Below are positions 28,715 through 32,000 of a stretch of DNA of 32,000 nucleotides, one piece after another; position 1 is the first letter of the stretch, and each line of letters starts with the position of its first letter. The notes under the pieces are model-generated. The model saw nothing but the letters and a program-made list of their open reading frames with translations, was not told the DNA's origin and did no database searches. The position numbers and the translations under genes were made by a program. The stretch lies in assembly GCF_000011465.1 (NCBI RefSeq), contig NC_005072.1, positions 360,001-392,000 on the forward strand, written 5' to 3'. This DNA comes from Prochlorococcus marinus subsp. pastoris str. CCMP1986. Its GTDB lineage: Bacteria; Cyanobacteriota; Cyanobacteriia; PCC-6307; Cyanobiaceae.

Positions 28715-29887
28715 TTAGAATCTATTTAAGGCAAATAAGATATCTGAAATTAAATCATTTGTATCTTCACAACCTACCGACAATCTTATAAGTGAATCAT
28801 CAATACCTAGGAGGTTTTTTGTTTTGTCATCAACAGATGCATGAGTCATTGTTGCTGGGTGGCAAATTAAACTTTCAACACCACCAAGACTCTCTGCTAA
28901 TGAGAAATATCTGAGTGATTTACAAAATTTAAAAGTGTCCGATTTGTTTAAATTTAATTTAAGGGTGATCATTGAACCACCAGATTTCATTTGTGATTTT
29001 GCTAAATTAAATTGTGGATGTTTTTGATTAAAGGGATAAAAAACTTTACTAATTATTCTATGATTTGCAATTTCCTTAGAAATTATCTCTGCACTTTTTG
29101 TTTGTTGTTCGATTCTTAGAGGGAGAGTTTTTACCCCTCTTGTAATTAACCATGTATCAAAAGGCGAGGGTTGAAGTCCTAAAGCTTTTTGAGAGAAAAG
29201 CATCTTACTATTCCATTCCTCATTGTTTGTTAGGACTGCTCCACCAAGTGCATCACTATGGCCATTTATAAATTTTGTTGTACTTATAAGAGATAGTGTT
29301 GCGCCTAGTTCTAGAGGTTTTTGAATAAGAGCTGTAGAAAAGGTATTATCTAGAACAACAGGTATTTTGTACTTATTAGCTTCATCACAAATAAGTTTAA
29401 TATCAAGTACTTTCAAAAGAGGATTTGTTGGACTTTCGAGCCAGATTAAAGTTGGCTGAAAGTCTTTAATTTTTTTTAAATTTTCTTTATTTGCTAAATC
29501 TGTATATAAAACTTGTATTCCAAATTTTTTGAATATTTTATCGAACATTCTTACAGTACAACCATATAGATTTGACTCGCATAGTATTTTATCGCCTGAT
29601 TTTAATGAAGATGTAATTGCAGTTACTGCACTTATGCCAGACCCAAAAATTGTACAATATTTGGATTCTTCTATGGATTTAAGTATATTTTCTAGAATTT
29701 TAAAGTTTGGATTACCTGATCTGGTGTAATCGAAATTGCCCTTATTACCATGTTTAAATGTTGAGGTAGAAAAAATTGGTGGCATGACACATCCAGTTTC
29801 TTCAGAAAATGTTTCTCCATGATGAATTGATAAGGTTTTAACACCTGGCTTTTTGATAATATTTTTCTTATTTCCCATTGTTTTCAA
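28715..29887 (-). CDS. cystathionine gamma-synthase/beta-lyase family PLP enzyme
   Basis: Cys/Met metabolism PLP family signature STTKFINGHSDALGGAV; FDYTRSGNPNFKILE; LIRLSVGCEDTNDLI. Confidence 0.92.
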   Translation of the reverse strand: MKTMGNKKNIIKKPGVKTLSIHHGETFSEETGCVMPPIFSTSTFKHGNKGNFDYTRSGNPNFKILENILKSIEESKYCTIFGSGISAVTAITSSLKSGDKILCESNLYGCTVRMFDKIFKKFGIQVLYTDLANKENLKKIKDFQPTLIWLESPTNPLLKVLDIKLICDEANKYKIPVVLDNTFSTALIQKPLELGATLSLISTTKFINGHSDALGGAVLTNNEEWNSKMLFSQKALGLQPSPFDTWLITRGVKTLPLRIEQQTKSAEIISKEIANHRIISKVFYPFNQKHPQFNLAKSQMKSGGSMITLKLNLNKSDTFKFCKSLRYFSLAESLGGVESLICHPATMTHASVDDKTKNLLGIDDSLIRLSVGCEDTNDLISDILFALNRF

Positions 29888-29952
29888 AATAAGAATTAAT
29901 TAAACCTCTCACCAACAAGGTGAGAGATTTAATAATTTGAAGAAAAGGATTT

Positions 29953-30561
29953 TTATACTTTTCTTGAATAGTATTCAACAACTAATAACTCGTTTATTTC
30001 AAGCGCGACCCATTCTCTATCACACTTTCCGTTGATTTTGCCTGTTAACTTAGGTTTGTCTAACTCTATATGAGGAGGAACATTAGCTAAACCAGGAAAT
30101 TCAATATTACCTTCAACAAGTTTTTTACTCGCTTTGTTTTCTTTAATGCTAATTACATCTCCTGGTTTACATTGGTAACCTGCAATATCAAGAACTTTTC
30201 CGTTAATGGTTACATGCCCATGATTTACTAATTGTCTTGAACCTGGTATTGTTCCACCAAAACCTAATCTAAAACAAACATTATCTAATCTGTTTTCTAA
30301 AAGTCTAAGGAGATTGGTTCCTGTAGAGCCTTCTTGAGCCCTAGCTTTTTTAACGTAACGAACTAGTTGCCTTTCAGAAACTCCATAGTTGAATCTAAGT
30401 TTCTGCTTTTCTTCTAGACGAATTGCGTATTCTGATCGCTTGCGACGGGCTTGACCGTGCTGACCTGGAGGATTAGACTTCTTTGAAGCTTTCCTAGTGA
30501 GACCTGGTAGTTCTCCCAAGCGACGCGTAACCCTTAATCTTGGGCCGCGGTATCTTGACAT
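29953..30561 (-). CDS. rpsD: 30S ribosomal protein S4
   Basis: [24 protein letters not shown]...S4 domain [39 protein letters not shown]. Confidence 0.99.
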   Translation of the reverse strand: MSRYRGPRLRVTRRLGELPGLTRKASKKSNPPGQHGQARRKRSEYAIRLEEKQKLRFNYGVSERQLVRYVKKARAQEGSTGTNLLRLLENRLDNVCFRLGFGGTIPGSRQLVNHGHVTINGKVLDIAGYQCKPGDVISIKENKASKKLVEGNIEFPGLANVPPHIELDKPKLTGKINGKCDREWVALEINELLVVEYYSRKV

Positions 30562-30656
30562 AAGTTTAAATTAAAATTGAGATTTGCAATAAATTGGATA
30601 ATTGATTAAATTCAACTAAACTAAATACTACTGAACTGTTATTTTACATCATTAAA

Positions 30657-30893
30657 GTGTTCAAAACTATTAATAAATCAATTACTTCTATACTTCTATT
30701 TATGATTTCCTGTTATCAAAAGTGGTTTTCTCCTTTTTTTGGACCAAGATGTAGATTTATACCAAGCTGCAGCTCCTATGGATACGAGGCAATTACTAGA
30801 CATGGACCTTGGAAGGGAGGGTGGTTAACTTTAAGAAGATTAAGTAGATGTCATCCTTTAACTCCCTGTGGATGTGACCCTGTGCCTGATTGA
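30657..30893 (+). CDS. yidD: membrane protein insertion efficiency factor YidD
   Basis: CYQKWFSPFFGPRCRFIPSCSSYGYEAITRHGPWKGGWLTLRRLSRCHPLTPCGCDPVP. Confidence 0.96.
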   Translation: MFKTINKSITSILLFMISCYQKWFSPFFGPRCRFIPSCSSYGYEAITRHGPWKGGWLTLRRLSRCHPLTPCGCDPVPD

Positions 30894-30897
30894 ATGA

Positions 30898-31200
30898 ATG
30901 AAAATATTTATTTTTGTTAGGCAGGGATGTTGCCTTTGTGATTCATTAAAAAACAAACTGGCAAAAATAAATCTTAATGAGTTATTCCCTAATCTAGAGG
31001 AGCTTAAAGAAATTGATATTGATAGGATCGATTTATATAAAGATAAATATAAAAAATATGATTATGAAGTACCTGTAATTGCTGTTGAAGGAAATAGGTA
31101 TGAGGAAATTATAGAATTACCTCGTATTTCTCCAAGATTAAAAGATGATCAATTAAAGAATTGGTTTCAAAAAAATATTAATACCATTCTGAAGAAATAA
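30898..31200 (+). CDS. glutaredoxin-like (DUF836) protein
   Basis: IFIFVRQGCCLCDSLKNKLAKI...YDYEVPVIAVEGNR. Confidence 0.82.
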   Translation: MKIFIFVRQGCCLCDSLKNKLAKINLNELFPNLEELKEIDIDRIDLYKDKYKKYDYEVPVIAVEGNRYEEIIELPRISPRLKDDQLKNWFQKNINTILKK

Positions 31201-31210
31201 TTTTTGTTAT

Positions 31211-32000
31211 ATGAGATCTATAAAATTACATAGACTTTTAGATTTGGTAGGAATTATCCCCTCATTAGATCTAATTGATAAAGAAATCAATAATATTTCT
31301 TTTAACTCTAAAGAAGTACAAAAAGGAACTTTATTTTTAGGTATGCCTGGTTTAAATGTTGATGGAGGAAAATATTGTATTGAGGCAATTGAAAATGGTG
31401 CAGAGGCTGCCATTATTGGATCTGCTGCAAAACAGAAAATTGGATCTATTGATCGAGAAAGGATTTTGGTTATAGAGGATAATTTAGATTATATTTTTGG
31501 TCAAATAGTCTCTGAGTTTTGGAATAGGCCTTCAAGAAAACTAAAACTTATTGGTGTTACGGGTACAAATGGAAAAACGACAATTACTTTTTTACTGGAA
31601 TATCTTTTAAAAAAATTAGGAAAAAAGACTGCATTATTTGGGACCTTATTTAATAGATGGCCTGGCTTCTCTGAAGTGGCTTCTCATACAACTGATTTCG
31701 CTGATAAACTTCAAAAAAAATTAAATGCTGCTGTTGATGCAGAATCTGAATTCGCGATATTAGAAGTAAGTTCTCATTCTATTGCTCAAAACAGGATATC
31801 TGGCTGCGAATTTGAAGCGGCTATTTTTACTAATTTAACTCAAGATCATCTTGATTATCACTCAGATATGGAATCTTATTTTCAAACAAAAAGAAAATTA
31901 TTTTTCCCACCTTATTTAAAAGATAAAGATGGAATTTCCGTATTAAATCATGATGACCTTTGGATATCTAAATTATCATCTGATCTTGAAAAGAGATCGT
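31211..32000 (+). CDS. murE: UDP-N-acetylmuramoyl-L-alanyl-D-glutamate ligase MurE (partial, runs off window)
   Basis: Read from sequence: MRSIKLHRLLDLVG...NSKEVQKGTLFLGMPG...LIGVTGTNGKTTITFLLEYLL...EVSSHSIAQNRISG...FTNLTQDHLDYH. Confidence 0.95.
   Translation, partial: MRSIKLHRLLDLVGIIPSLDLIDKEINNISFNSKEVQKGTLFLGMPGLNVDGGKYCIEAIENGAEAAIIGSAAKQKIGSIDRERILVIEDNLDYIFGQIVSEFWNRPSRKLKLIGVTGTNGKTTITFLLEYLLKKLGKKTALFGTLFNRWPGFSEVASHTTDFADKLQKKLNAAVDAESEFAILEVSSHSIAQNRISGCEFEAAIFTNLTQDHLDYHSDMESYFQTKRKLFFPPYLKDKDGISVLNHDDLWISKLSSDLEKRS

Overview
This AT-rich window matches a high-light Prochlorococcus-type chromosome, judged from gene content (pipX, sepF, DUF1823, petite gene spacing, tRNA-Thr(GGU)/tRNA-Tyr(GUA) pair). 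It has two parts. Positions ~1-8300 look like an accessory island. It carries small hypotheticals, an NTF2-like protein, a SIMPL-domain protein, and a compact three-gene restriction-modification-like operon on the minus strand. That operon encodes a short MTase-like protein with motif I only, an Eco57I-type N6 MTase with NPPY, and a GIY-YIG/SF2 helicase fusion. Immediately beside it are a degraded 3' copy of tRNA-Pro(UGG), a tandem ~11-bp repeat resembling recombinase arm-type sites, and a short ORF that may be an integrase N-terminal remnant. Together these suggest a decayed tRNA-targeted integrative element. Positions ~8348-32000 are mostly housekeeping genes: aroQ, miaE, cobI, der, ecfT-like, pipX, yggS/pipY, sepF, proC, glycosyltransferase, recO, deoC, hpf, lipB, acyl-CoA synthetase, ylqD-like, pdhC (E2), queA, cysK, two trans-sulfuration PLP enzymes, rpsD, yidD, glutaredoxin-like and partial murE. 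A gene-poor stretch at 22.2-23.67 kb contains a strong terminator hairpin and a structured small-RNA candidate. All family assignments are by sequence recognition; no database search was run.
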